A stretch of 64,000 nucleotides of DNA from Eledone cirrhosa (Eukaryota), in contig OZ024748.1 in NCBI GenBank assembly GCA_964016885.1, positions 33,728,001 to 33,792,000 on the forward strand, given 5' to 3'. The notes under the pieces are model-generated. The model did not search any database, was not told the DNA's origin, and saw only the letters and a program-made list of their open reading frames with translations. The position numbers and the translations under genes were made by a program. This document shows, one piece after another, positions 15,001-30,000 of this stretch (position 1 is the stretch's first letter; the number at the start of each line of letters is the position of its first letter).

Positions 15001-18000
15001 CATTAGGTGGAGTGAATCAGTGGTGGCGGACATTAGGAGGAGTGAATCAGTGGTGGTGGACATTAGGTGGAGTGAATCGGTGGTGGTGTGGTTGACATTA
15101 GGTGGAGTGAATTAGTGGTGGTGGACATTAGGTGGAGTGAATCAGTGGTGGTGGACATTAGGTGGAGTGAATCGGTGGTGGTGTGGTTGACATTAGGTGG
15201 AGTGAATTAGTGGTGGTGGACATTAGGTGGAGTGAATCAGTGGTGGTGGACATTAGGAGTAGTGAATCAGTGGTGGTGGACATTAGTAGGAGTGAATCAG
15301 TGGTGGTGGACATTAGGTGGAGTTAATCAGTGGTGGTGGACATTAGGTGGAGTTAATCAGTTGTGGTAGACATTAGCTGGAGTAAATCAGTGGTGGTGGG
15401 CATTAAGTGGAGTGAATTAGTGGTGGTGGACATTTGGTGGAGTGAATCAGTGGTGGTGGACATTAGGTGGAGTGAATCAGTGGTGGTGGAGATTAGGTGG
15501 AGTCAATCAGTGGTGGTGTGGTGGACATTAGGTAGAGTGAATCATTGGTGGTGGACATTAGCTGGAGTGAATCAGTAGTGGGCTGGTGGACATTAGGTGG
15601 AGTTAATCAGTTGTGGTGGACATTAGGTGGAGTCAATCATTGGTGGTGTAGTGGACATTAGGTAGAGTGAATCATTGGTGGTGGACATTAGGTGGAGTGA
15701 ATCAATGGTGGTGGACATTAGGTGGAGTCAATCAGTGGTGGTGTGGTGGACATTAGGTAGAGTGAATCATTGGTGGTGGACATTAGGTGGAGTGAATCAG
15801 TGGTGGTTGACATTAGGTGGAGTGAATCAGTGGTGGTTGACATTAGGTGGAGTGAATCAGTGGTGGTGGACATTAGGTGGAGTGAATCAGTGGTGGTGGA
15901 CATTAGGTGGAGTGAATCAGTGGTGGTTGACGATAGGTGGAGTGAATCAGTGGTGGTGGACATTAGGTGGAGTGAATCAGTGGTGGTGGACATTAGGTGG
16001 AGTGAATAAGTGGTGGTGGACATTAGGTGGAGTGAATCAGTGGTGGTTGACATTAGGTGGAGTGAATCAGTGGTGGTTGACATTAGGTGGAGTGAATCAG
16101 TGGTGGTGGACATTAGGTGGAGTGAATCAGTGGTGGTGGACATTAGGTGAAGTGAATCAGTGGTGTTGTGGTGGACATTAGGTGGAGCGAATCAGTGTTG
16201 GTGGACATTAAGTAGAGTGAATCAGTGGTGTTAGACATCAGGTACTGTCAATCAGTGGTGGTGGACATTAGGTAGAGTGATACAGTGGTGTTGTGGTGGA
16301 CATAAGGGGGAGTGAATCAGTGCTGGTGGACATTAGGAGGAGTGAATCGGTGGACATTAGGTGGAGTGATACAGTGGTGTTGTGGTGGACATAAGGTGGA
16401 GTGAATCAGTGGTGGTGGACATTAGATGGAGTGAAACAGTGGTGGTGTGGTGGTGGACATTAGGTGGAGTGAATCAGTGGTGGTGGACATTAGGTAGAAA
16501 GTAGGTGGTGTTAATCAGTGTTGGTGTGGTGTACATTAGTTGGAGTGAATCAGAAGTGGTGGACATTAGGTAGAGTGAATCAGTGGTGGTGTACATTAGG
16601 TGGAGTGAATCAGTGGTTTTGGACATTAGGTGGAGTCAATCAGTGGTGGTGTGGTGGACATTAGGGAGAGTGAATCTGTGGTGGTGGACATTAGGTAGAG
16701 TGAATCAGTGGTGGTGGACATTAGGTGGAGTGAATCAGTGGTGGTGGATATTAGGTGGAGTGAATCAGTGGTGGTGGACATTAGGTGGAGTGAATCAGTG
16801 GTGGTGGATATTAGGTGGAGTGAATCAGTGGTGGTGGAGATTAGGTGAAGTGAATCAGTGGTGGTGTGGTGGACATTAGGTGGAGTGAATCAGTGGTGGT
16901 GGACATTAGGAGGAGTGAATCAGTGGTGGTGGAGATTAGGTGAAGTGAATCAGTGGTGGTGTGGTGGACATTAGGTGGAGTGAATCAGTGGTGGTAGACA
17001 TTAGGTGGAGTGAATCAGTGGTGGTGGACATTAGGAGGAGTGAATCAGTGGTGGTGGAGATTAGGTGAAGTGAATCAGTGGTGGTGTGGTGGACATTAGG
17101 TGAAGTGAATCAGTGGTGGTGGACATTAGGTGAAGTGAATCAGTGGTGGTGTGGTGGACATTAGGTGGAGTGAATCAGTGGTGGTCGACATCAGATACTG
17201 TCAATCAGTGGTGGTGGACATTAGGTGGAGTGAATCAGTGGTGGTGGACATTAAGTAGACTGAATCAGTGGTGGTGGACATTAGGTGGAGTGAATCAGTG
17301 GTGGTGGCCATTAAGTAGACTGAATCAGTGGTGGTGGACATTAGGTGGAGTGAATCAGTGGTGGTGGACATTAGGTAGAAAGTAGGTGGTGGTAATCAGT
17401 GTTGGTGTGGTGTACATTAGTTGGAGTGAATCAGTAGTGGTGGACATTAGGTGGAGTGAATCAGTGGTGGTGGACATTAGGTGGAGTCAATCAGTGGTGG
17501 TGTGGTGGACATTAGGGAGAGTGAATCATTGGTGGTGGACATTAGGTGGAGTGAATCAGTGGTGGTGGACATTAGGAGGAGTGAATCAGTGGGGGTGGAC
17601 ATTAGGTAGAGTGAATCAGTGGTGGTGGACATTAGGTGGAGTGAATTAGTGGTGGTGGACATTAGGTAGAGTGAATCAGTGGTGGTGGACATTAGGAGGA
17701 GTGAATCAGTGGTGGTGGACATTAGGAGGAGTGAATCAGTGGTGGTGGAAATTAGGTAGAGTGAATCAGTGGTGGTGGACATTAGGTGGAGTGAATCAGT
17801 GGTGGTGGATATTAGGTGAAGTGAATTAGTGGTGGTGGACATTAGGTGGAGTGAATTAGTGGTGGTGGACATTAGGTGGAGTGAATCTGTGGTGGTGGAC
17901 ATTAGGTGGAGTGAATTAGTGGTGGTGGACATTAGGTGGAGTGAATTAGTGGTGGTGGACATTAGGTGGAGTGAATCTGTGGTGGTGGACATTAGGTGGA

Positions 18001-21000
18001 GTGAATTAGTGGTGGTGGACATTAGGTGGAGTGAATCTGTGGTGGTGGACATTAGGTGGAGTGAATCTGTGGTGGTGGACATTAGGTGGAGTGAATTAGT
18101 GGTGGTGGACATTAGGTGGAGTGAATCTGTGGTGGTGGACATTAGGTGGAGTGAATTAGTGGTGGTGGACATTAGGTGGAGTGAATAAGTGGTGGTGGAT
18201 ATTAGGTGGAGTGAATAAGTGGTGGTGGACATTAGGTGGAGTGAATAAGTGGTGGTGGATATTAGGAGGAGTGAATCAGTGGTGGTAGACATTAGGTGGA
18301 GTGAATCAGTGGTGGTCGACATCAGATACTGTCAATCAGTGGTGGTGGACATTAGGTGGAGTGAATCAGTGGTGGTGGACATTAAGTAGACTGAATCAGT
18401 GGTGGTGGACATTAGGTGGAGTGAATCAGTGGTGGTGGCCATTAAGTAGACTGAATCAGTGGTGGTGGACATTAGGTGGAGTGAATCAGTGGTGGTGGAC
18501 ATTAGGTAGAAAGTAGGTGGTGGTAATCAGTGTTGGTGTGGTGTACATTAGTTGGAGTGAATCAGTAGTGGTGGACATTAGGTGGAGTGAATCAGTGGTG
18601 GTGGACATTAGGTGGAGTCAATCAGTGGTGGTGTGGTGGACATTAGGGAGAGTGAATCATTGGTGGTGGACATTAGGTGGAGTGAATCAGTGGTGGTGGA
18701 CATTAGGAGGAGTGAATCAGTGGGGGTGGACATTAGGTAGAGTGAATCAGTGGTGGTGGACATTAGGTGGAGTGAATTAGTGGTGGTGGACATTAGGTAG
18801 AGTGAATCAGTGGTGGTGGACATTAGGAGGAGTGAATCAGTGGTGGTGGACATTAGGAGGAGTGAATCAGTGGTGGTGGAAATTAGGTAGAGTGAATCAG
18901 TGGTGGTGGACATTAGGTGGAGTGAATCAGTGGTGGTGGATATTAGGTGAAGTGAATTAGTGGTGGTGGACATTAGGTGGAGTGAATTAGTGGTGGTGGA
19001 CATTAGGTGGAGTGAATCTGTGGTGGTGGACATTAGGTGGAGTGAATTAGTGGTGGTGGACATTAGGTGGAGTGAATTAGTGGTGGTGGACATTAGGTGG
19101 AGTGAATCTGTGGTGGTGGACATTAGGTGGAGTGAATTAGTGGTGGTGGACATTAGGTGGAGTGAATCTGTGGTGGTGGACATTAGGTGGAGTGAATCTG
19201 TGGTGGTGGACATTAGGTGGAGTGAATTAGTGGTGGTGGACATTAGGTGGAGTGAATCTGTGGTGGTGGACATTAGGTGGAGTGAATTAGTGGTGGTGGA
19301 CATTAGGTGGAGTGAATAAGTGGTGGTGGATATTAGGTGGAGTGAATAAGTGGTGGTGGACATTAGGTGGAGTGAATAAGTGGTGGTGGATATTAGGAGG
19401 AGTGAATCAGTGGTGGTAGACATTAGGTGGAGTGAATCAGTGGTGGTGGACATTAGGTGGAGTGAATCAGTGATGGTGGACATTAGGTGGAGTGAATAAG
19501 TGGTGGTGGATATTAGGAGGAGTGAATCAGTGGTGGTGGACATTAGGAGGAGTGAATCAGTGGTGGTGGACATTAGGAGGAGTGAATCAGTGGTGGTGGA
19601 CATTAGGTGGAGTGAATAAGTGGTGGTGGATATTAGGAGGAGTAAATCAGTGGTGGTGGACATTAGGAGGAGTGAATCAGTGGTGGTGGACATTAGGTGG
19701 AGTGAATAAGTGGTGGTGGATATTAGGAGGAGTGAATCAGTGGTGGTGGACATTAGGAGGAGTGAATCAGTGGTGGTGGACATTAGGTGGAGTGAATAAG
19801 TGGTGGTGGATATTAGGAGGAGTGAATCAGTGGTGGTAGACATTAGGTGGAGTGAATCAGTGGTGGTGGACATTAGGTGGAGTGAATCAGTGGTGGTGGA
19901 CATTAGGTGGAGTGAATCAGTGATGGTGGACATTAGGTGGAGTGAATAAGTGGTGGTGGATATTAGGAGGAGTGAATCAGTGGTGGTGGACATTAGGAGG
20001 AGTGAATCAGTGGTGGTGGACATTAGGTGGAGTGAATAAGTGGTGGTGGATATTAGGAGGAGTGAATCAGTGGTGGTGGACATTAGGTGGAGTGAATAAG
20101 TGGTGGTGGATATTAGGAGGAGTGAATAAGTGGTGGTGGATATTAGGAGGAGTGAATCAGTGGTGGTGGACATTAGGTGGAGTGAATAAGTGGTGGTGGA
20201 TATTAGGAGGAGTGAATAAGTGGTGGTGGATATTAGGAGGAGTGAATCAGTGGTGGTGGACATTAGGTGGAGTGAATAAGTGGTGGTGGATATTAGGAGG
20301 AGTGAATAAGTGGTGGTGGATATTAGGAGGAGTGAATCAGTGGTGGTGGACATTAGGAGGAGTGAATCAGTGGTGGTGGACATTAGGTGGAGTGAATAAG
20401 TGGTGGTGGACATTAAGTGGAGTGAATAAGTGGTGGTGGATATTAGGTGGAGTGAATCAGTGGTGGTGGACATTAGGTGGAGTGAATAAGTGGTGGCGTG
20501 GAGTGAATCAGTGGTGGTGGATATTAGGTGGAGTGAATAAGTGGTGGTGGATATTAGGTGGAGTGAATAAGTGGTGGTGGATATTAGGTGGAGTGAATCA
20601 GTGGTGGTGGACATTAGGTGGAGTGAATCAGTGGTGGCGTGGAGTGAATCAGTGGTGGCGTGGTTGACATTAGGTAGAGTGAATCAGTGGTGGTGGACAT
20701 TAGGTGGAGTGAATCAGTGGTGGTGTGGTGGACATTAGTTGGAGTGAATCAGTGGTGGTGGACATCAGGTACTGTCAATCAGTGGTGGTGGACATTAGGT
20801 GGAGTGAATCAGTGGTGGCGTGGTTGACATTAGGTAGAGTGAATCAGTGGTGGTGGAAATTAGTTGGAGTGTATCAGTGGTGGTGTGCTGGACATTAGGT
20901 GGAGTGAATCAGTGGTGGTGTGGTTGACATTATGTGGAGTGAATTAGTGGTGGTGGACATTAGGAGGAGTGAATCAGTGGTGTTGGCCATTAGGAGGAGT

Positions 21001-24000
21001 GAGTCAGTGGTGGTGGACATTAGGAGGAGTGAATCAGTGGTGGTGTGGTTGACATTAGGTGGAGTGAATCAGTGGTGGTGGACATTAGATAGAGTGAACC
21101 AGTGGTGGTGGACATTAGGTGGAGTGATTAAGTGGTGGTGGACATTAGGTTGAGTGAATCAGTGGTGGTGGACATTAGGAGGAGTGAATCAGTGGTGGTG
21201 TGGTTGACATTAGGTGGAGTGATTAAGTGGTGGTGGACATTAGGTTGAGTGAATCAGTGGTGGTGGACATTAGGTGGAGTGAATCAGTGGTGGTGTGGTT
21301 GACATTAGGTGGAGTGAATCAGTGGTGGTGTACATTAGTTGGAGTGAATCAGTGGTGGTAGACATTAGCTGGTGTAAATCAGTGGTGGTGGACATTAGGT
21401 AGAGTGAATCATTGGTGGTGGACATTAGCTGGAGTGAATCAGTAGTGGGGTGGCGGACATTAGGTGGAGTTGATCAGTGGTGGTGGACATTAGGTGGAGT
21501 CAATCATTGGTGGTGTGGTGGACATTAGGTAGAGTGAATCACTGGTGGTGGACATTAGGTGGAGTGAATCAGTGGTGGTTGACATTAGGTGGAGTGAATC
21601 AGTGGTGGTGGACATTAGGTGGAGTGAATTAGTGGTGGTGGACATTAGGTGGAGTGAATCAGTGGTGGTGGACATTAGGTGGAGCGAATCAGTGGTGGTG
21701 GACATTAAGTAGAGTGAATCAGTGGTGGTGGACATTAGGTGGAGTGAATTAGTGGCAGTGTGGTTGTCATTAGGTGGAGTGAATCAGTGGTGGTGGACAT
21801 TAGGTGGAGTGAATCAGTGGTGGTGGACATTAAGTAGAGTGAATCAGTGGTGGTGGACATTAGGTGGAGTGAATCAGTGGTGGTGGACATTAAGTAGAGT
21901 GAATCAATGGTGGTGGACATTAAGTAGACTGAATCAGTGGTGGTGGACATTAGTTGGAGTGAATCAGTGGTGGTGTGGTGGACATTAGGTCGAGTGAATC
22001 AGTGGTGGTGGACATCAGGTACTGTCAATCAGGGGTGGTGGACATTAGGTGGAGTGAATCAGTAGTGGCGTGGTTGACATTAGGTAGAGTGAATCAGTGG
22101 TGGTGGACATTAGGTGGAGTGAATCAGTGGTGGTGGACATTAAGTAGAGTGAATCAGTGGTGGTGGACATTAAGTAGAGTGAATCAATGGTGGTGGACAT
22201 TAAGTAGACTGAATCAGTGGTGGTGGACATTAGTTGGAGTGAATCAGTGGTGGTGTGGTGGACATTAGGTCGAGTGAATCAGTGGTGGTGGACATCAGGT
22301 ACTGTCAATCAGGGGTGGTGGACATTAGGTGGAGTGAATCAGTAGTGGCGTGGTTGACATTAGGTAGAGTGAATCAGTGGTGGTGGACATTAGGTGGAGT
22401 GAATAAGTGGTGGTGGATATTAGGAGGAGTGAATCAGTGGTGGTGGACATTAGGTGGAGTGAATAAGTGGTGGTGGATATTAGGAGGAGTGAATAAGTGG
22501 TGGTGGATATTAGGAGGAGTGAATCAGTGGTGGTGGACATTAGGTGGAGTGAATAAGTGGTGGTGGATATTAGGAGGAGTGAATCAGTGGTGGTGGACAT
22601 TAGGTGGAGTGAATAAGTGGTGGTGGACATTAGGTGGAGTGAATAAGTGGTGGTGGATATTAGGAGGAGTGAATCAGTGGTGGTGGACATTAGGTGGAGT
22701 GAATAAGTGGTGGTGGATATTAGGTGGAGTGAATAAGTGGTGGTGGACATTAGGTGGAGTGAATAAGTGGTGGTGGATATTAGGAGGAGTGAATCAGTGG
22801 TGGTAGACATTAGGTGGAGTGAATCAGTGGTGGTGGACATTAGGTGGAGTGAATAAGTGGTGGTGGATATTAGGAGGAGTGAATCAGTGGTGGTGGACAT
22901 TAGGTGGAGTGAATCAGTGGTGGTGGACATTAGGTGGAGTGAATAAGTGGTGGTGGATATTAGGAGGAGTGAATCAGTGGTGGTAGACATTAGGTGGAGT
23001 GAATCAGTGGTGGTGGACATTAGGTGGAGTGAATCAGTGGTGGTGGACATTAGGTGGAGTGAATCAGTGATGGTGGACATTAGGTGGAGTGAATAAGTGG
23101 TGGTGGATATTAGGAGGAGTGAATCAGTGGTGGTGGACATTAGGAGGAGTAAATCAGTGGTGGTGGACATTAGGTGGAGTGAATAAGTGGTGGTGGATAT
23201 TAGGAGGAGTGAATCAGTGGTGGTGGACATTAGGTGGAGTGAATAAGTGGTGGTGGATATTAGGAGGAGTGAATAAGTGGTGGTGGATATTAGGAGGAGT
23301 GAATCAGTGGTGGTGGATATTAGGAGGAGTGAATCAGTGGTGGTGGACATTAGGTGGAGTGAATAAGTGGTGGTGGATATTAGGAGGAGTGAATAAGTGG
23401 TGGTGGATATTAGGAGGAGTGAATCAGTGGTGGTGGACATTAGGAGGAGTGAATCAGTGGTGGTGGACATTAGGTGGAGTGAATAAGTGGTGGTGGACAT
23501 TAAGTGGAGTGAATAAGTGGTGGTGGATATTAGGTGGAGTGAATAAGTGGTGGTGGATATTAGGAGGAGTGAATAAGTGGTGGTGGATATTAGGAGGAGT
23601 GAATCAGTGGTGGTGGACATTAGGTGGAGTGAATAAGTGGTGGTGGATATTAGGAGGAGTGAATAAGTGGTGGTGGATATTAGGTGGAGTGAATCAGTGA
23701 TGGTGGAATTAGGTGGAGTGAATAAGTGGTGGTGGATATTAGGAGGAGTGAATCAGTGGTGGTGGACATTAGGAGGAGTGAATCAGTGGTGGTGGACATT
23801 AGGAGGAGTGAATCAGTGGTGGTGGACATTAGGTGGAGTGAATAAGTGGTGGTGGACATTAAGTGGAGTGAATAAGTGGTGGTGGATATTAGGTGGAGTG
23901 AATCAGTGGTGGTGGACATTAGGTGGAGTGAATAAGTGGTGGCGTGGAGTGAATCAGTGGTGGTGGATATTAGGTGGAGTGAATAAGTGGTGGTGGATAT

Positions 24001-27000
24001 TAGGTGGAGTGAATAAGTGGTGGTGGATATTAGGTGGAGTGAATCAGTGGTGGTGGATATTAGGAGGAGTGAATCAGTGGTGGTGGACATTAGGAGGAGT
24101 GAATCAGTGGTGGTGGACATTAGGTGGAGTGAATAAGTGGTGGTGGACATTAAGTGGAGTGAATAAGTGGTGGTGGATATTAGGTGGAGTGAATAAGTGG
24201 TGGTGGATATTAGGAGGAGTGAATAAGTGGTGGTGGATATTAGGAGGAGTGAATCAGTGGTGGTGGACATTAGGTGGAGTGAATAAGTGGTGGTGGATAT
24301 TAGGAGGAGTGAATAAGTGGTGGTGGATATTAGGAGGAGTGAATCAGTGGTGGTGGACATTAGGTGGAGTGAATAAGTGGTGGTGGACATTAAGTGGAGT
24401 GAATAAGTGGTGGTGGATATTAGGTGGAGTGAATCAGTGGTGGTGGACATTAGGTGGAGTGAATAAGTGGTGGCGTGGAGTGAATCAGTGGTGGTGGATA
24501 TTAGGTGGAGTGAATAAGTGGTGGTGGATATTAGGTGGAGTGAATAAGTGGTGGTGGATATTAGGTGGAGTGAATCAGTGGTGGTGGACATTAGGTGGAG
24601 TGAATCAGTGGTGGCGTGGAGTGAATCAGTGGTGGCGTGGTTGACATTAGGTAGAGTGAATCAGTGGTGGTGGACATTAGGTGGAGTGAATCAGTGGTGG
24701 TGTGGTGGACATTAGTTGGAGTGAATCAGTGGTGGTGGACATCAGGTACTGTCAATCAGTGGTGGTGGACATTAGGTGGAGTGAATCAGTGGTGGCGTGG
24801 TTGACATTAGGTAGAGTGAATCAGTGGTGGTGGAAATTAGTTGGAGTGTATCAGTGGTGGTGTGCTGGACATTGGGTGGAGTGAATCAGTGGTGGTGTGG
24901 TTGACATTATGTGGAGTGAATTAGTGGTGGTGGACATTAGGAGGAGTGAATCAGTGGTGTTGGCCATTAGGAGGAGTGAGTCAGTGGTGGTGGACATTAG
25001 GAGGAGTGAATCAGTGGTGGTGTGGTTGACATTAGGTGGAGTGAATCAGTGGTGGTGGACATTAGATAGAGTGAACCAGTGGTGGTGGACATTAGGTGGA
25101 GTGATTAAGTGGTGGTGGACATTAGGTTGAGTGAATCAGTGGTGGTGGACATTAGGAGGAGTGAATCAGTGGTGGTGTGGTTGACATTAGGTGGAGTGAA
25201 TCAGTGGTGGTGGACATTAGATAGAGTGAATCAGTGGTGGTGGACATTAGGTGGAGTGATTAAGTGGTGGTGGACATTAGGTTGAGTGAATCAGTGGTGG
25301 TGGACATTAGGTGGAGTGAATCAGTGGTGGTGTGGTTGACATTAGGTGGAGTGAATCAGTGGTGGTGTACATTAGTTGGAGTGAATCAGTGGTGGTAGAC
25401 ATTAGCTGGTGTAAATCAGTGGTGGTGGACATTAGGTAGAGTGAATCATTGGTGGTGGACATTAGCTGGAGTGAATCAGTAGTGGGGTGGCGGACATTAG
25501 GTGGAGTTGATCAGTGGTGGTGGACATTAGGTGGAGTCAATCATTGGTGGTGTGGTGGACATTAGGTAGAGTGAATCACTGGTGGTGGACATTAGGTGGA
25601 GTGAATCAGTGGTGGTTGACATTAGGTGGAGTGAATCAGTGGTGGTGGACATTAGGTGGAGTGAATTAGTGGTGGTGGACATTAGGTGGAGTGAATCAGT
25701 GGTGGTGGACATTAGGTGGAGCGAATCAGTGGTGGTGGACATTAAGTAGAGTGAATCAGTGGTGGTGGACATTAGGTGGAGTGAATTAGTGGCAGTGTGG
25801 TTGTCATTAGGTGGAGTGAATCAGTGGTGGTGGACATTAGATGGAGTGAATCAGTGGTGGTGGACATTAAGTAGAGTGAATCAGTGGTGGTGGACATTAG
25901 GTGGAGTGAATCAGTGGTGGTGGACATTAAGTAGAGTGAATCAATGGTGGTGGACATTAAGTAGACTGAATCAGTGGTGGTGGACATTAGTTGGAGTGAA
26001 TCAGTGGTGGTGTGGTGGACATTAGGTCGAGTGAATCAGTGGTGGTGGACATCAGGTACTGTCAATCAGGGGTGGTGGACATTAGGTGGAGTGAATCAGT
26101 AGTGGCGTGGTTGACATTAGGTAGAGTGAATCAGTGGTGGTGGACATTAGGTGGAGTGAATCAGTGGTGGTGGACATTAAGTAGAGTGAATCAGTGGTGG
26201 TGGACATTAAGTAGAGTGAATCAATGGTGGTGGACATTAAGTAGACTGAATCAGTGGTGGTGGACATTAGTTGGAGTGAATCAGTGGTGGTGTGGTGGAC
26301 ATTAGGTCGAGTGAATCAGTGGTGGTGGACATCAGGTACTGTCAATCAGGGGTGGTGGACATTAGGTGGAGTGAATCAGTAGTGGCGTGGTTGACATTAG
26401 GTAGAGTGAATCAGTGGTGGTGGAAATTAGGTGGAGTGCATCAGTGGTGGTGTGGTTGACATTAGGTTAAGTGAATTAGTGGTGGTGGACATTAGGTAGA
26501 GTGAATCAGTGGTGGTGGACATTAGGTGGAGTGAATCAGTGGTGGCGGACATTAGGAGGAGTGAATCAGTGGTGGTGGACATTAGGTGGAGTGAATCGGT
26601 GGTGGTGTGGTTGACATTAGGTGGAGTGAATTAGTGGTGGTGGACATTAGGTGGAGTGAATCAGTGGTGGTGGACATTAGGTGGAGTGAATCGGTGGTGG
26701 TGTGGTTGACATTAGGTGGAGTGAATTAGTGGTGGTGGACATTAGGTGGAGTGAATCAGTGGTGGTGGACATTAGGAGTAGTGAATCAGTGGTGGTGGAC
26801 ATTAGTAGGAGTGAATCAGTGGTGGTGGACATTAGGTGGAGTTAATCAGTGGTGGTGGACATTAGGTGGAGTTAATCAGTTGTGGTAGACATTAGCTGGA
26901 GTAAATCAGTGGTGGTGGGCATTAAGTGGAGTGAATTAGTGGTGGTGGACATTTGGTGGAGTGAATCAGTGGTGGTGGACATTAGGTGGAGTGAATCAGT

Positions 27001-30000
27001 GGTGGTGGAGATTAGGTGGAGTCAATCAGTGGTGGTGTGGTGGACATTAGGTAGAGTGAATCATTGGTGGTGGACATTAGCTGGAGTGAATCAGTAGTGG
27101 GCTGGTGGACATTAGGTGGAGTTAATCAGTTGTGGTGGACATTAGGTGGAGTCAATCATTGGTGGTGTAGTGGACATTAGGTAGAGTGAATCATTGGTGG
27201 TGGACATTAGGTGGAGTGAATCAATGGTGGTGGACATTAGGTGGAGTCAATCAGTGGTGGTGTGGTGGACATTAGGTAGAGTGAATCATTGGTGGTGGAC
27301 ATTAGGTGGAGTGAATCAGTGGTGGTTGACATTAGGTGGAGTGAATCAGTGGTGGTTGACATTAGGTGGAGTGAATCAGTGGTGGTGGACATTAGGTGGA
27401 GTGAATCAGTGGTGGTGGACATTAGGTGGAGTGAATCAGTGGTGGTTGACATTAGGTGGAGTGAATCAGTGGTGGTGGACATTAGGTGGAGTGAATCAGT
27501 GGTGGTGGACATTAGGTGGAGTGAATAAGTGGTGGTGGACATTAGGTGGAGTGAATCAGTGGTGGTTGACATTAGGTGGAGTGAATCAGTGGTGGTTGAC
27601 ATTAGGTGGAGTGAATCAGTGGTGGCGGACATTAGGTGGAGTGAATCAGTGGTGGTGGACATTAGGTGGAGTGAATCAGTGGTGTTGTGGTGGACATTAG
27701 GTGGAGCGAATCAGTGTTGGTGGACATTAAGTAGAGTGAATCAGTGGTGTTAGACATCAGGTACTGTCAATCAGTGGTGGTGGACATTAGGTAGAGTGAT
27801 ACAGTGGTGTTGTGGTGGACATAAGGGGGAGTGAATCAGTGCTGGTGGACATTAGGAGGAGTGAATCGGTGGACATTAGGTGGAGTGATACAGTGGTGTT
27901 GTGGTGGACATAAGGTGGAGTGAATCAGTGGTGGTGGACATTAGATGGAGTGAAACAGTGGTGGTGTGGTGGTGGACATTAGGTGGAGTGAATCAGTGGT
28001 GGTGGACATTAGGTAGAAAGTAGGTGGTGTTAATCAGTGTTGGTGTGGTGTACATTAGTTGGAGTGAATCAGAAGTGGTGGACATTAGGTAGAGTGAATC
28101 AGTGGTGGTGTACATTAGGTGGAGTGAATCAGTGGTTTTGGACATTAGGTGGAGTCAATCAGTGGTGGTGTGGTGGACATTAGGGAGAGTGAATCTGTGG
28201 TGGTGGACATTAGGTAGAGTGAATCAGTGGTGGTGGACATTAGGTGGATTGAATCAGTGGTGGTGGATATTAGGTGGAGTGAATCAGTGGTGGTGGACAT
28301 TAGGTGGAGTGAATCAGTGGTGGTGGATATTAGGTGGAGTGAATCAGTGGTGGTGGAGATTAGGTGAAGTGAATCAGTGGTGGTGTGGTGGACATTAGGT
28401 GGAGTGAATCAGTGGTGGTGGACATTAGGAGGAGTGAATCAGTGGTGGTGGAGATTAGGTGAAGTGAATCAGTGGTGGTGTGGTGGACATTAGGTGGAGT
28501 GAATCAGTGGTGGTAGACATTAGGTGGAGTGAATCAGTGGTGGTGGACATTAGGAGGAGTGAATCAGTGGTGGTGGAGATTAGGTGAAGTGAATCAGTGG
28601 TGGTGTGGTGGACATTAGGTGAAGTGAATCAGTGGTGGTGGACATTAAGTAGAGTGAATCAGTGGTGTTGGACATTAGGTGAAGTGAATCAGTGGTGGTG
28701 TGGTGGACATTAGGTGGAGTGAATCAGTGGTGGTCGACATCAGATACTGTCAATCAGTGGTGGTGGACATTAGGTGGAGTGAATCAGTGGTGGTGGACAT
28801 TAAGTAGACTGAATCAGTGGTGGTGGACATTAGGTGGAGTGAATCAGTGGTGGTGGCCATTAAGTAGACTGAATCAGTGGTGGTGGACATTAGGTGGAGT
28901 GAAGCAGTGGTGGTGGACATTAGGTAGAAAGTAGGTGGTGGTAATCAGTGTTGGTGTGGTGTACATTAGTTGGAGTGAATCAGTAGTGGTGGACATTAGG
29001 TGGAGTGAATCAGTGGTGGTGGACATTAGGTGGAGTCAATCAGTGGTGGTGTGGTGGACATTAGGGAGAGTGAATCATTGGTGGTGGACATTAGGTGGAG
29101 TGAATCAGTGGTGGTGGACATTAGGAGGAGTGAATCAGTGGGGGTGGACATTAGGTAGAGTGAATCAGTGGTGGTGGACATTAGGTGGAGTGAATTAGTG
29201 GTGGTGGACATTAGGTAGAGTGAATCAGTGGTGGTGGACATTAGGAGGAGTGAATCAGTGGTGGTGGACATTAGGAGGAGTGAATCAGTGGTGGTGGAAA
29301 TTAGGTAGAGTGAATCAGTGGTGGTGGACATTAGGAGCAGTGAATCAGTGGTGGTGGAAATTAGGTGGAGTGAATCAGTGGTGGTGGACATTAGGTGGAG
29401 TGAATCAGTGGTGGTGGATATTAGGTGAAGTGAATTAGTGGTGGTGGACATTAGGTGGAGTGAATTAGTGGTGGTGGACATTAGGTGGAGTGAATCTGTG
29501 GTGGTGGACATTAGGTGGAGTGAATTAGTGGTGGTGGACATTAGGTGGAGTGAATCAGTGGTGGTGGACATTAGGTGGAGTGAATCAGTGGTGGTGGACA
29601 TTAGGTGGAGTGAATCTGTGGTGGTGGACATTAGGTGGAGTGAATCAGTGGTGGTGGACATTAGGTGGAGTGAATCAGTGGTGGTGGACATTAGGTGGAG
29701 TGAATCAGTGGTGGTGGACATTAGGTGGAGTGAATCAGTGGTGGTGGACATTAGGTGGAGTGAATCAGTGGTGGTGGACATTAGGTGGAGTGAATCAGTG
29801 GTGGTGGACATTAGGTGGAGTGAATCAGTGGTGGTGGACATTAGGTGGAGTGAATCAGTGGTGGTGGACATTAGGTGGAGTGAATCAGTTGTGGTGGACA
29901 TTAAGTAGAGTGAATCAGTGGTGGTGGACATTAGGTGGAGTGAATCAGTGGTGGTGGACATTAAGTAGAGTGAATCAGTGGTGGTGGAGATTAGGTGAAG

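Noticed and set aside
15582-15589. Chi site GCTGGTGG
   Set aside because: Close variant of the GTGGTGG run; Chi is RecBCD-specific and not relevant here
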